From Eledone cirrhosa (lineage: Eukaryota): 64,000 nucleotides of DNA. Below, piece after piece: positions 1 through 13,638 of this stretch. The notes under the pieces are model-generated. The model made no database searches. It worked only from the letters and a program-made list of their open reading frames with translations, and had not been told where the DNA came from. Both the position numbers and the translations under genes were made by a program. How positions within the stretch are numbered: position 1 is the stretch's first letter; each line of letters begins with the position of its first letter. The stretch covers positions 27,714,001 to 27,778,000 of the forward strand of contig OZ024741.1 in the NCBI GenBank assembly GCA_964016885.1. The letters run 5' to 3'.

Positions 1-447
1 CCGAGGAATATGTGACTAAAAGAAATTGATGGTAAAATGGGAGGTTGGCTTATCTATACCATTTAAACAATGGTGTTGCTTAGCTGCCTTGGTTTATAAA
101 TGGGGTTGGGATCTTTGACTATTTCTCTGACATAAAATAGTGGGAAGAGATCGGCTTATATTCAAATATATATAGTATATATTGTTTTTCTTAGCTATTG
201 TTTGGTATGTGTGTGAGTGTGGTGTGTGTGTTATTATTCCAACATACCTCTTATAGTAGAGAAAAAGAACATGGAGGACTTCTTAAAGAGCTTCTAACCA
301 TTCGTTATGTAAATGTGTATTAAATAGTTAGTGATAAAAAAAAGCAGCTTGCACCATATAAGATACATTGAGTACTCTTACTTGGTCTTCATATATAAGA
401 AATATAATAATAAATTGTTTTGAGAAAAGAGCTAGGACAAAAGTATG

Positions 448-507
448 TCAAAGCAAGGGTGTCAACAATTCGTCCACATCAAGAACATCCACAAAATCTT
501 CCTGGTC
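448..507 (-). CDS. Candidate terminal NHE exon DQEDFVDVLDVDELLTPLL*
   Basis: Long pyrimidine tract then cgag|GAC, phase 0, 19 codons then TGA; the gAG acceptor is atypical. Confidence 0.45.
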   Translation of the reverse strand, partial: DQEDFVDVLDVDELLTPLL

Positions 508-648
508 CTCGAAAAAATATATAAAATGAAATTAAAAAAATGTAAAAAAAAGAGAAATATTTTAAAGTTAAAAAAAAAAATTTTGTAGCGGAAAAAAAAA
601 ATGTTGTATCTATATATGTAAGTATATGGGCATCTTTGTTATATATGG

Positions 649-714
<66 letters not shown>

Positions 715-774
715 GTGTATATATGTATATATGGGTCTACAGATATCTTGTCTGGGGCTTTAACAATCCTAACA

Positions 775-940
775 AACCCCATACCCCTCCTCAGTACTAG
801 ACTGGTACTTTATTTTATTGACCCTGGATGAAAAGCAAAGTTGACCTCAACAGGATTTGAACTCAGAGCACAGAGAGTTGGAGCAAATATCAGAAAACAT
901 TTTAATCCAACATGCATATGAGTCTGCTAATTCATCAGCA
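775..940 (-). mobile_element. tRNA-derived SINE with Meta-type central domain, degenerate
   Basis: ctggtactttattttattgaccctggatgaaaagcaaagttgacctc...gatttgaactc (B box on minus strand); same family as 53512-53700. Confidence 0.65.
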
Positions 941-2321
941 TGTGTTTGGATATGCAGAGACTCATTAGCCACAAGTATACATATATGCACATAAATAATA
1001 GGAGAGGAGGCAGTAATTTATAGCTGGAAACAGGTCAATTCTTAGTGCATGTGTGTATATGTATATATATATATATAATCAATGGGACTAACACAGCTAG
1101 GGTCAAGATAGAGGTGTATTAATATACAACAAACATATAAGAGTCTTGCAGTGAATGTTTTAAGCTGTGATCATGTCACAGCCATCTGGTGAGAATGTCA
1201 GACATGTTTCTGGAGTTTTATCTGTCATTGAGACGCTTGTATGTTTATTGTACGTAAATATATATATAAGCCTTCATATAGACACCCCCACCCATATATA
1301 TATATATATATATATATATGTCTGTGTGTGTGTGTTAAACTAATATATTTATTCAATGTACTGTGTACTTTTTACATATATATATATATATAAAACACAA
1401 ATGCCCGGGTGTGTGTGTGTGGCATAAATGACCCTATGCTAATACTACTGCTATAAGTGATGCAAATGAAATTGAACACAGAGTATATATGATTTGTTAA
1501 TGGGATGATGAAATTAAGAAGACAAAGTATGCAAACAAAAGCTTAAAATTAAAAAGCATGCCTCTACGTGTTTTTTATCTAACGACAGAGCAGCTGGCCA
1601 CAATACCACTACTTGGCTTTATATATATATATATATATATATATATGGTTTATGATGTATACTCAACCCTCAAGTATTTAAACTAACTTTTTCATTCTTT
1701 GTAAATGTTTTGTTTGTTTGTCTGTTCCTCAATTTGTTTCACAATTTCCATACAGCAACTGGTCTGTTTTGGGCCTAACACTGGTTAGTTCCAAGTGAAG
1801 GTTTTCTGCTCCCCCCCCCCCCCCCCAAAAAAAAAACTGAAGTTGCTCAGTATGAGTAGCTAGTGAATGGAAAAGTTTGATGGTTTTGTCCTACTTTCCA
1901 CACACACACATACATAATTATGTGTATGAAAAGCAAATAGACAAAAAGTAGCTCATTTTTCTTTGTAGTTCCGACTGCGCAGTTTCGCCGACTGGTATGC
2001 AGTTAAAGTGTACCCAAGCTGTGAGGTAGTCAGCTTGTCAAGAGACTCCCTCAGTGCAAGGACAAATCCCCCAAACTGACTGCTACCAGTGAAATTTTTC
2101 AAAACAGAAAATTATCACATGGTTTTACAGTCCATACAGAAGGGTAGTAAAGGGAAGTCTCTTGGTGAGTAACAGACTTGCTAGAAGAAGCAGTCTATTT
2201 CAGCCTCTGGGCTCCTGCTACCAATAACGATGGCAATAGCATCAAACATAATTTTTGGAGTCCAGGATTGCTATGCCATATACACCAAGATTATATATGT
2301 GTGAATTTATACTATATGAAT

Positions 2322-3776
2322 CATCATCATCATCATCTTTGTTTAACGTCCATCTTCCACACTAGCATGGGTTAGATGAGAGTTGTCCCACTTGAGGCAA
2401 GGTTGGTCGGGTGACCCTGTCTCGCTCATATAGGACTATCTAGCAGGTTTTCTATGGCTGGATGCCCTTCCTAATACCAACCACATTTACAGTTAGGATT
2501 GGGAACTTTTTACCGTGTTACCTACACGGCCACATTACGTGGACTGTGTTTTTTGTTGTGACACCTACACGATCTCATTATCTCAGTAATTTGGACTGGA
2601 GGTTGTGGTACCAACTTTACAGAGAGAGGGTGGTGTTGGTGGGAGTGGGAGGATGGAGTAGGGGTAGTGGATTGGGGGTGTATATTTGGTTAAGAGGTGC
2701 CTTCTGACTGTAGGTTTCGCTTTGTACATAGGCAAGGCAGGTCTTCTGTATTACTGCGTGGCACCAAAGATCTCGGTCCAGTGACATTGTTTTAGAGAGG
2801 TGCAAGTGTGTAAGGTCAGAATTTATCAGATCATCCCAGGTTTTTCTGGGTCTACCTACTCCGTAACTACCATCAATTTTGATCACCCTGCATTTTTTTA
2901 TACAGCTGTCGTCTTTCATGCGCATGACGTGGCCATACCAATGTAGTCTTCTCTCGAGTAAACAGCATCTGATCCCTCTTATTCCTAATTTCTCACTTAG
3001 TTCATTTATGCTTTGCCGTTCATGTATTACACATCCAATGGAGCATGCATGCTTCATTCTTTTCCAGTCTGCACAGGTCCTCTGCACGTAATGCCCATGT
3101 CTCACTGCCATGTAGCATTGCTGTTCGTATGCAGGCATCATATAATCTGCCTTTCATTTTTAGAGAGAAACCTTTTGTGGCCAACAGCGGTATAAGCTCT
3201 CTGAACTTTTTCCATCCCATTCTGACTCTGGCTACTGTACTTTCAGAACACCCTCCACCACTGCTGATTTCGTCATCCAGGTAACAGAAAGTGTCCACTA
3301 TTTCTATAGAACCATCTGGGCAATAGAAGGAGCTAGTATCCTGTGGACACTTGCTACTTATTGCACCTGAGCATCGGCCACATATAAAGTCTACGTTCTT
3401 AGATAGTTTACCTGTGATCCTACTACATCTGTTATGTACCTATACTTTGCATTTTACTAATTGACAGATCATTGTGAAAATTTGCAGTAAACTAAAGTAA
3501 AGACAAATATTTAATGTGATGCAGTCATAGTGCTGTCTACGTTCTTAGATAGTTTACCTGTGATCCCACTACATCTTTTATGTACCTATACTTTGCATTT
3601 TGGACATAAAATGGAATTTCTGCCTACTCCTTTCCTACACACTGAGCATGGCCATTTTCCTGGGGGCACCTGTGCCTTATTTTCCTTTCTACAAACTAGA
3701 ACTTTAGTCTTAGACAAGTTAACTTTAAGGCCTTTTGATTCTAGGCCATGCTTCCATGTTTGGAATTTCTTCTCTA
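2322..3776 (-). mobile_element. RTE LINE copy A, 5'-truncated and decayed, with internal rearrangement
   Basis: RT C-terminal ORFs (LHGSETW, LHWYGHVMRM, GRPRKTW), family 3'UTR and (GAT)n tail. Confidence 0.9.
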
Positions 3777-4734
3777 ATATCTACCCTGTATATAAGCAGT
3801 GAGTGTTGGTGTCACAAAATAAAACATCTAGTCTACCCTGTAACGTGGTAGTGCTGGTGCTACCAAAAATGCTCCCAGTACATGCTGTAATGTGGATGTC
3901 ATTAGAAAGGACATCCAGTCATAGAAAACAAAGTCAAATATGGAACATATGAGCAAGACAAGGTCAGCTGGGCCATCTAACCTCAGAACCTGACCGACAT
4001 GCAAACATGGAATAAGATGTTAAAGAGTGTTAATTCAAATGTTTATAGTATCTTTACTAGTTGACAGATCATTGTGAAAATTTGCAGTAAACTAAAGTAA
4101 AGACAAATATTTAATGTGATGCAGTCATAGTGCTGTTTTGTAGTTTTAAAAAATGTTTTGCTAATGAAGTTTGTTATTAAAAATATTTATAGTATCTTTA
4201 ATACTGGACAGATCCTGGTAAACATTTGCAGTTGATTAAAGATTTTAATTTTTCATGTGCTGCATTCATAGTGCTGTTTTGTATTTTTCAAGAAAGTCTT
4301 GCTAATGTGTTTTCATGTGGTACAGGACATTAAGAGTTAATTTTTTTTAAAGTAGTGACACAGATGGCATTATGGCATTGATGGTTTTTTGAGAAATGTA
4401 TTAGAAGTACTACTTGAATTAAAACAGCTACAAGCAGTAATAACAAAAATCACAACCAGCTCAATAGGTCAGGAGGACCTTGTGAGCTTACTACAAATGT
4501 ATAACATTCAATAAATAATAGGCAAAAATAAAATAACATGTTTTGAAAATAATGAAGAATTTAAAGAGATTCAGTAATACAATTTTCTCATTATAAAGCT
4601 GGTATTTGGAACATAAAATGGTTCTTACATATAATTGTGATGGAAGGTTTTTAGATAAATATAAAAACATTACATGATAGACTCAGGGATCCCTATGTTG
4701 GCTCATATACTGTGGTATATTGTGCTTCGTGTGA

Positions 4735-4885
4735 AGATACATGGCTTAGTGGTTTGGTTATTCAGTTCATGACTGTAAGGTCATGAGTTTGATTCACAGC
4801 ACTATGTTGTGTCCTTGAGCAAGATATTTTATTTTACATTGCTTCAGTCCACTCAGCTGGCAAAAAATGAGTAGTACCTTTAGTT
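4735..4885 (+). mobile_element. CORE-type tRNA SINE, degenerate
   Basis: A box tggcttagtggt, B-box-like gagtttgattc, core gtccttgagcaaga; homologous to 37485. Confidence 0.7.
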
Positions 4886-5079
4886 TTCCACAATATAAAT
4901 GAAATATTGTTGAACCTTTGTTGATTCCAATGATGAGTGTATTAGTTGTTGGAACAGCCTGCTCATGAAACTGACATGCAAGTGGTTGGATATTTCCCAT
5001 AACAGAATTCTCAGGGATATTCAGCCTGACATAGTAAGTGACAAGGCTGGCCCATTAAATTACGGCTTCAACAAATTTG

Positions 5080-5210
5080 TTCCACTTGAGTAGACTGGAG
5101 CAACATGATATAAAGTGTCTTGCTTAAGGACACAACATACTGCTGGGAATTGAAGTCATGGCCTTATGATCATAAGCTGAAGACCCTAACCACTAAACCA
5201 TTTGCCTTCA
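5080..5210 (-). mobile_element. CORE-type tRNA SINE, inverted relative to the 4735 copy
   Basis: Reverse complement of the same head and core (aaagtgtcttgcttaaggacac...taaccactaaacca). Confidence 0.7.
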
Positions 5211-5258
5211 CACATAAATATATATATATATAAATGAAAATAATGAAAGTGAAATTAC

Positions 5259-5387
5259 TTGTAATGTTGGTTTTCTGTCTATCATGTCAGATGTATGTCC
5301 AGAGGCAACACTGGTGTTCTCTCCATATGACTCACTGTGGTCAATTATCATATCTGTATCAGAGTCAGACTCCCTCTTGTGGAGACC
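5259..5387 (-). CDS. SLC9A6/7/9: NHE exon: GLHKRESDSDTDMIIDHSESYGENTSVASGHTSDMIDRKPTLQ
   Basis: ttttgcag|GGT ... CAA|gtaatt; acidic DSDTDMII..SYG resembles DDDSDLIL..LTYG of NHE6; 129 nt, phase 0/0. Confidence 0.87.
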
Positions 5388-6067
5388 CTGCAAAACCACA
5401 TTCATTTCAGTCAAGAGAAAAAACACAATGTCAATATTAGGCATGCATACACAAACATGCATGCATGCATACACGCGCATGGAGTGTCTGTATTATGAAG
5501 ACTGGGAAGACCACAAATCAGGGTAGTATTCAATGCCTGATGAAATGCAGAGTGAATATATTGAAGAGATAGATTTCTGACAACAAGCCCTCTCATTTCA
5601 TCTTGTTTCCTCAAGCTTCTTTGAGGGGAACTTTGAAAAATCTTGAGAAAAAAAAGTTAAAATGACAGGACTTGCAGTTGAAATCTTACTTCTTCAACAC
5701 ACACATTTTTATTAAATCTAATATTGTATCCAGCTTCAAAAGAGTAGCCAGCAGTATATTTGGTCTTCTCAAAGCAATCAAGAATTTGGAGAGATTTAGT
5801 AAATAACTAACTTTCTCATGTTTAAGCAAGTATTTGGAACATAACTTAAGAAAAGTTTCTTGTATAAAAATATAACAGAAGGTTAACAAAACTGGTTTTT
5901 CATCATAGAACTAGAGACAGTTTTTTGCTTGTTGCATTCCATATTTGACATAATTTCTATGGCAGGATACCCTTCCTAATGTCAACCACGTTACAGAGTG
6001 TACTGGGTGCATTTCTGTGATACCAACCCTACCACTCTACAGTATGGACTGGGTGCACACTTTAAAG

Positions 6068-6231
6068 AAAGCATGGGCAACCTTTTTCGAGCAGTTCGCA
6101 GCATAGAAAGTGGTTCCTCATAACGCAGGTTGCACTAATAGAAAATTCAAGACAATTTTGAAATTAGGCATACCATTAAGAAAGCCAAATAGGCCGCATG
6201 CAGCTCGCAGGCTACAATTTGCCCATGACTG
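6068..6231. mobile_element. hAT-type MITE (164 bp)
   Basis: 8-bp TSD CTTTAAAG on both sides (6060-6067, 6232-6239); TIR core catgggcaa/ttgcccatg. Confidence 0.8.
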
Positions 6232-6378
6232 CTTTAAAGGGTATACTGGGGGTATTTTATAGTAGGACCAATATATTGAAAAGTCCTCTTCAATTGCCAA
6301 ATGCTGTAGCCTCCAATCAGTCAGCATATTTACTTTTAGTGGAACAGTGCAGAAAAGAACACAGTAAATATTCCTTAC

Positions 6379-6487
6379 TTCAGATAATTGTTCATTTGTA
6401 GTTAAAAGTTTTGCTATAGGTAAACACCAGGTTGGTAGAGTTTCTGTGAGCAGGGGTCGACTGTTAGTCAAAAATGGCTTCATGTAC
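6379..6487 (-). CDS. SLC9A6/7/9: NHE exon: (K)YMKPFLTNSRPLLTETLPTWCLPIAKLLTTNEQLSE
   Basis: ttctag|G TAC ... GAA|gtaagg; matches YLKPLLTHSGPPLTTTLP..C.PIAR.LT of NHE6; phase 2 to phase 0. Confidence 0.92.
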
Positions 6488-6699
6488 CTAGAACAACAAC
6501 AAAACAAAGACATTAGTAATAGCATTAACACAACATTAGTCAGAATAAAGACAAATATGGACCCATATCGATCCATCCAAGGGCCCCAAGCGAATGTCTC
6601 CACATATGGCATGTTAAGTATTTTAACCTGGGAAGGGGGGAGACAATCCTCTCTATGTCTGAACACAGCTGATTTCTTCTTCAGAGAGAGAGAGAGTGA

Positions 6700-6840
6700 G
6701 ACTGATTATTTATCAACCTTGAAAGGATGAAAGACAAATTTGACCTCAGCTGTACTTGAATTCAGAATGAAGAGAGATTAAGAGATTAGTGTAAAGTATT
6801 CTATCCAATGTTCTAACAACTCACTGAATACTCCGCCTTA
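6700..6840 (-). mobile_element. Meta-type SINE remnant
   Basis: ttttatcaaccttgaaaggatgaaagacaaatttgacctc, homologous to 53512-53700. Confidence 0.55.
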
Positions 6841-6860
6841 TAGAGTCATATACAGTATAT

Positions 6861-7572
6861 AATAATAATAATGATAATAATGAAATTATTGTGTAAAGTG
6901 TTCAGGTGCACTACAACTCGTCAAAGGTGCATGTATAGTACATAGAATAATATAAAAATGTCAGGGAAGTGAATAGTGTATGAGTCATGATATACATGTG
7001 TGTATGTGTATGGAGGGGGAATATTAGGTGTAGTGTTGGCGAATCTCAGGAAGCATGGAGGTTTTAAAGGATGCAGTGTTTCGACAGCTAACAATTGATG
7101 GAGGTAGTTTGTTCCATTCTTCAGTAACTCCCAGCGTAAAAAAATGTTTCCGAAAGTCATGGGAGCTGTGCTGTTTTCTACTTTGTGGGCATGCCCACGT
7201 GTGTTAGACACATGGAAATCAAAAAGGTACTCAGGGTTGTTGTTGGCAAGATGGTTAACAATTTTGTGGGTGTTTACCAAGTCAGTTGCCAGACGTCGGA
7301 GCTTCAATGTATCCATGCCCAGCGTAGCAAGGCGTTCAGAGTATGGTAGATGCCTGATGGAGGGTATTCGCTTGGTTGCACGTCTCTGAACAATTTCCAG
7401 GCGGTCACTGTTCTGAGCAAGATAGGGGTTCCAGACTGGTGATGCAAATTCTAAGTGTGGCCGCACCATAGCTATGTACAGCTTTAAATAGATAGCTGGA
7501 GAGCGGCTGACAAAGGTCTTGCTGAGTGATGCTAAGACACCCTCGGCCTTCTTGACAATTTTAGAGACGTGC

Positions 7573-7575
<3 letters not shown>
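6861..7575 (-). mobile_element. CR1-clade LINE 3' fragment, downstream half
   Basis: LYIAMVRPHLEFASPVWNPY..LEIVQRRATK..Y.ERL..L, TRGH, (ATT)n tail; one frameshift near 7170. Confidence 0.9.
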
Positions 7576-7603
<28 letters not shown>

Positions 7604-7941
7604 ACGTTTAACGTCCGTGTTCCACGCTTGCATGGGTTTGGACGGGGGTAGTCCCACTTGAGGCAAGAGTGATTGTCTTGCTCGCATAGGACTGTCTGGC
7701 AGGTTTTCTACAGTTGGATGCCCTTCCTAACACCAACCACATTTACAGTGTGGGTCTGGGAGGTTTTTACCGTGTTGCCTACACGGCCACATTACAGCGT
7801 GGACTGTGTGTTTTTTTTGTCGTGACACCTACACGATCTCATTTGTTTCGGCCCGGATGGCGCGGCACCAACATAACTTTACATAGGACGGGGTGGTGTG
7901 GATGGGGTGGGGGTGGTGGTGGTGGGACGGGGTGTATTTTG

Positions 7942-10900
7942 TTAGAGATGCCTACTGGCAAGGCGGGTCTTCTCTGTTACTGAGTACCGCCAAAGGTCTC
8001 GGTCCAGTGACATTGTCTTGGAGAGGTGTAAGTGTGTGAGGTCGGAGTTTATCAGCTCGTCCCAGGTTTTTCTAGGTCTGCCTATTCCGTGGCTACCGTC
8101 TATCTTTATTGCCCTGCACTTTGTTATACAGCTATCGACTTTCATGCGCATCACGTGTCCATACCAACGTAGCCTTCTCTCGAGTAAACAACATCTGATC
8201 CCTCTTATCTCTAATTTTTTCCTTAGTTCGTTTATGCTTTGCCGTTCACGTATATTACTGTTACACATCCAGCGGAGCATGCAAGCTTCGTTCCTCTCTA
8301 GTCTGCGTATATCCTCTGCACACAATGCCCAGGTCTCACTGCCATGCAACATTGCTGTTCGTATGCAGGCATCGTACAACCTGCCTTTCATTTTTAGGGA
8401 GAACCCTTTAGCAGCTAATAGTGGTATAAGCTCTCTGAACTTTTTCCAACCAGTTCTGACTCTAGCTACAGTACTTTCAGAGCACCCTCCCCCACTGCTG
8501 ATTTTATCGCCCAGGTAACGGAAGCTGTCCACTATTTCTATAGAACCCTCTGCGCAATTGAAAGAGCTAGTATTGTGTGGGCACTTGCTGCTACTTATTG
8601 CACCAGAACACCGGCCACATGTAAAATCTATGTTCTTAGTTAGCTTACCTGTGATCCCACTACATCTTTTATGCACCCATACTTTGCATTTAGGACACAA
8701 AATGGAGTTTCTACCTACGCCTTTCCTACACACCGAGCACGACCATTTCCCAGAAGGGACCGCCGCCTTGTTTTCTTTCCTACAAACTAGAACTTTGGTC
8801 TTAGCCAGGTTAATTTTAAGTCCTTTTGACTCTAGGCCGTGCTTCCATGTTTGGAATTTCTTCTCTAGCTCGGCCATTGATTCCGCTATGAGTGTCAGGT
8901 CGTCTGCGTATAGGAGTTCCCATGGGCAGCCTGTCTTGAACTCCTCTGTTATAGCCTGAAGGGCAATAATAAATAAATAGTAGGGGGCTGAGAACAGAGC
9001 CCTGATGGACGCCAACTTTTACGCTAAACTCTTCACTATATTCGTTGTTAATTCTAACCTTGCTGACTGTTTCTTTATACATGGCTTGTATAGCCCTCAC
9101 AAGCCATTCGTCAACGCCTAGTTTTCTAAGAGCCCACCAGATAATGGAGCGGGGGACTCTGTCGAAGGCTTTCTCCAAGTCGACAAAAGCTAAGTAGAGG
9201 GGTTTACCTTTAGCTAGGTACTTCTCCTGTAGTTGTCGTACTATGAAAAGAGCGTCTGTGGTACTTTTGCCTGACACAAACCCGAACTGCATTTCATCTA
9301 GGTCAATTCTCTCTCTGATTAATTGCGCTATTACTTTTTCTGTGACCTTCATGACCTGGTCGATTAATTTAATGCCTCTATAGTTACTCCTATCTAGGGC
9401 GTCTCCTTTACCCTTATAACAGTTAACGATGATGCTGCTATGCCAGTCCTTCGGAACAACCCCATTCTGTACGACTTGGTTAACTATGCGGGTGACCATG
9501 GTGTGTCCCACCGTGCCAGATGCCTTCAGCATCTCAGCAACTATTTCCGAAGGCCCAGCCGCCTTACCTGTCTTCATATCCTTGATTGCCTTACTTATTA
9601 TACTCCCCTCGACTAACACTGCTGGTCCCTCTATTGGGTCGACATGGGGGAGACTGTCTTTCTCCCATTTATTCTCCTCATTTAGTAGCCTTTCATAGTG
9701 ACACTTCCAAGCTGCCTTCTTATCGGTGTCGGTGATGGCAAGTATGCCATCATCGTTAAGTACACACTTCTCCCCGACAATATCACGGTTTTCCTTGACG
9801 CATTGCCTAGCAATCCTGAACACCTCACGTTTTTGGTCATCGCGTTGTAGGACATGCTTGAACTTTCTTTCCTCAGCTTCCCTTCTTGCTAAGTACACTT
9901 CTCTCCTAGCTTCCCTCCTGGCCACTTGATAGTCTACTCTACTTCCCCCATCCCGCCATACTTTCCAAGCCTGCTTTTTGGCCTTAATTGACTCCTCCAC
10001 CTTACTGTTCCACCACCATGTTACTCTCCTCCTGCCTACAGGCCTGCTCCAGCCACAGACTTCGTCTGTGGCCAACAGCAGGTTTGCTTTCAGAAATTCC
10101 CACTGTCCCTCTATATTGTCCGACTCTAAGTGTTCTTCCTTACTGTCGAAAGCATCAAGTAATATGTTTTGAAATTTATTTTTGGCTGTGGGGTCCTTTA
10201 GCTTCCATATTTTTCTCCTGAGGATAGTCCTCTTCTGCTGTCGAGTACGTCTCGACCTGACTATGAGGTCGCTAATTATCAGTCTATGTTGGGAGGTGCA
10301 TTCTTCATGGGGGAGGGATTTAGTGTTTACAACAGACACTCTGTCACGTCTTCTGGTAAGGATATAATCTACCTGGCTTGTGTGTTCCCCGGATCTATAG
10401 GTGATCAGGTGATTGTCACGTTTTTTGAAGTTAGTGTTACAGATAGTTAGGTTATTTGCATCACAGAATTCCAGGATTCTGGAGCCTTCCTCATTTCTAG
10501 TACCAAACCCATAGCCTCCATGGATTTTGTCGTAGCCGTCACAATGTTGCCCAACGTGACCATTTAGGTCGCCTGCAATAATTATATAGTCACTGTCAGA
10601 TATTTGGGAGGTAGTGAGCATCAGTGTCTCATAGAATCTGTCTTTTATAGTGCCGGGCAGTCCGGATTGGGGTGCATACGCAGATATTACTGTCACCGTA
10701 GTTCTATTGAGGACAAGTCGTATTTTAATTATTCTGTCGTTCACTCTATTTACGTCTATTATCTTATCCGCCCACTTTTCTGCTACCATGATTCCTACTC
10801 CACCCAGCCCATCGTCGTTTCCCACCCAGAAAAGCTTATAACATCGTTTTTTACCCTCAATGAATCTAGCAGACCCACCCCTCCACCTGGTCTCTTGAAT

Positions 10901-11128
10901 ACAACAAACATCGACCTCCTTACGTTCAAGCATTTCTACAACCTCGTTAGCGCGCCCCTTGAGGGTGCCTACATTTATGGTACCAACACTGAAGTTTTGG
11001 ATCGCGTTTGGAGGGTGGGGGTGGTGTGGGGCGGGGGGAGATGGGGTTATGTTAGCCATCCGCGGGCGAAACAAAGAAGAGTGCTCGCATTCTCGTCCAC
11101 GAGGTGAATTTGACTTTAGCATTGGCAT
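7942..11128 (-). pseudogene. RTE polyprotein (APE endonuclease, RT, PHD-like Cys/His insert) with one frameshift
   Basis: [33 protein letters not shown]; FVDLEKAFD, GVHQGSVLSP, LYADD. Broken by a 4-bp AATA duplication near 8971 compared with copy C. Confidence 0.93.
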
Positions 11129-11413
11129 TTTCGCTCTGAGCGTCCAGATTTTTCTCTCCCCTCCACTCTCCAGGATTCCGCAGTCCGTCCATCCATCCAT
11201 CCATCATATATCGAAGGCAACCGTGCAAGCGATAGTATAGGCCTCTGGCTTATGATTGGTCCGCGTAATAATAATAATGGTGATGCGTGTGGGGGGGGGG
11301 GGGTCTCTGGCTTATAGTAATAATGGTGATGCGTGTGGGGGGGGTCTCTGGCTTATGATTGGTCCACGTATTAAGAATGGTGGTGTGTGGGGGCGGGTGG
11401 GAGGGATGTGGGG

Positions 11414-11694
11414 TAGCTAGCTGGAAGGTTATGAATGATTACCAGCGAGTAACAAAAAGCAAAACTGCAAGATTTGTTCTGTTCAATACGACAAAAACAC
11501 CGTATTTAAACCTTAATAAATAACAAAAAATACAGATTTCGGATTTTGCGGGATTGGATGTTTGTACGAAATTGTGGTGTGTGGAGGAGATAGGAAAAAC
11601 GTGAACGTTACGATTACATGGTTACACCGTAGTAGGGGTAGTTGAAGCAGCAATTGTTTGGCGAAAGTGAATAAACATGAACGGGAATTTATCT

Positions 11695-11725
<31 letters not shown>

Positions 11726-12332
11726 AGCTAAGAGAGAGAGAGAGAGAGTGGGAAGGGGGAGAGAGAGAGAGAGAGAGTGGCTGACCGCAACCCCTCGTGA
11801 AGAAAATGGTGGGTGAAGGGTGTATGAGCGGGATTTTTGACTTTCGAGGTAGCATGATATATATATTTAAAGTAAATTATAAGAAGTAGAATGGAAAGGA
11901 TTTTGTTGTTTTTTGTTTTTTTGTTTGAGAATACGATAGAATTAGGGAATTGGAGGATACGATAGAATTAAGAATGGGAAGGATTTTGTTTTTTTTGTTT
12001 GGGAATACGATGGAATTAAGGAATTTAAGGAATTGGAGAATACGATAGAATTAGCTAGCTGGAAGGTTATGAATGTTTACCAGCGAGTAACAAAAAGCAA
12101 AACTGCAAGATTTGTTCTGTTCAATACGACAAAAACACCGTATTTAAACCTTAATAAATAACAAAAAATACAGATTTCGGATTTTGCGGGATTGGATGTT
12201 TGTACGAAATTGTGGTGTGTGGAGGAGATAGGAAAAACGTGAACGTTACGATTACATGGTTACACCGTAGTAGGGGTAGTTGAAGCAGCAATTGTTTGGC
12301 GAAAGTGAATAAACATGAACGGGATTTTATCT

Positions 12333-12363
<31 letters not shown>

Positions 12364-12969
12364 AGCTAAGAGAGAGAGAGAGAGAGTGGGAAGGGGGAGA
12401 GAGAGAGAGAGAGAGTGGCTGACCGCAACCCCTCGTGAAGAAAATGGTGGGTGAAGGGTGTATGAGCGGGATTTTTGACTTTCGAGGTAGCATGATATAT
12501 ATATTTAAAGTAAATTATAAGAAGTAGAATGGAAAGGATTTTGTTGTTTTTTGTTTTTTTGTTTGAGAATACGATAGAATTAGGGAATTGGAGGATACGA
12601 TAGAATTAAGAATGGGAAGGATTTTGTTTTTTTGTTTGGGAATACGATGGAATTAAGGAATTTAAGGAATTGGAGAATACGATAGAATTAGCTAGCTGGA
12701 AGGTTATGAATGATTACCAGCGAGTAACAAAAAGCAAAACTGCAAGATTTGTTCTGTTCAATACGACAAAAACACCGTATTTAAACCTTAATAAATAACA
12801 AAAAATACAGATTTCGGATTTTGCGGGATTGGATGTTTGTACGAAATTGTGGTGTGTGGAGGAGATAGGAAAAACGTGAACGTTACGATTACATGGTTAC
12901 ACCGTAGTAGGGGTAGTTGAAGCAGCAATTGTTTGGCGAAAGTGAATAAACATGAACGGGAATTTATCT

Positions 12970-13000
<31 letters not shown>

Positions 13001-13607
13001 AGCTAAGAGAGAGAGAGAGAGAGTGGGAAGGGGGAGAGAGAGAGAGAGAGAGTGGCTGACCGCAACCCCTCGTGAAGAAAATGGTGGGTGAAGGGTGTAT
13101 GAGCGGGATTTTTGACTTTCGAGGTAGCATGATATATATATTTAAAGTAAATTATAAGAAGTAGAATGGAAAGGATTTTGTTGTTTTTTGTTTTTTTGTT
13201 TGAGAATACGATAGAATTAGGGAATTGGAGGATACGATAGAATTAAGAATGGGAAGGATTTTGTTTTTTTTGTTTGGGAATACGATGGAATTAAGGAATT
13301 TAAGGAATTGGAGAATACGATAGAATTAGCTAGCTGGAAGGTTATGAATGTTTACCAGCGAGTAACAAAAAGCAAAACTGCAAGATTTGTTCTGTTCAAT
13401 ACGACAAAAACACCGTATTTAAACCTTAATAAATAACAAAAAATACAGATTTCGGATTTTGCGGGATTGGATGTTTGTACGAAATTGTGGTGTGTGGAGG
13501 AGATAGGAAAAACGTGAACGTTACGATTACATGGTTACACCGTAGTAGGGGTAGTTGAAGCAGCAATTGTTTGGCGAAAGTGAATAAACATGAACGGGAT
13601 TTTATCT

Positions 13608-13638
<31 letters not shown>

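Noticed and set aside
6118-6666. 182-aa standalone ORF
   Set aside because: Only 6379-6487 is the NHE exon; the rest is intron and MITE read-through.
11130-11410. HDV-like ribozyme in the RTE 5'UTR, known for some RTEs
   Set aside because: Could not build the nested double pseudoknot by eye; only short internal duplications seen. A descriptor search is needed.
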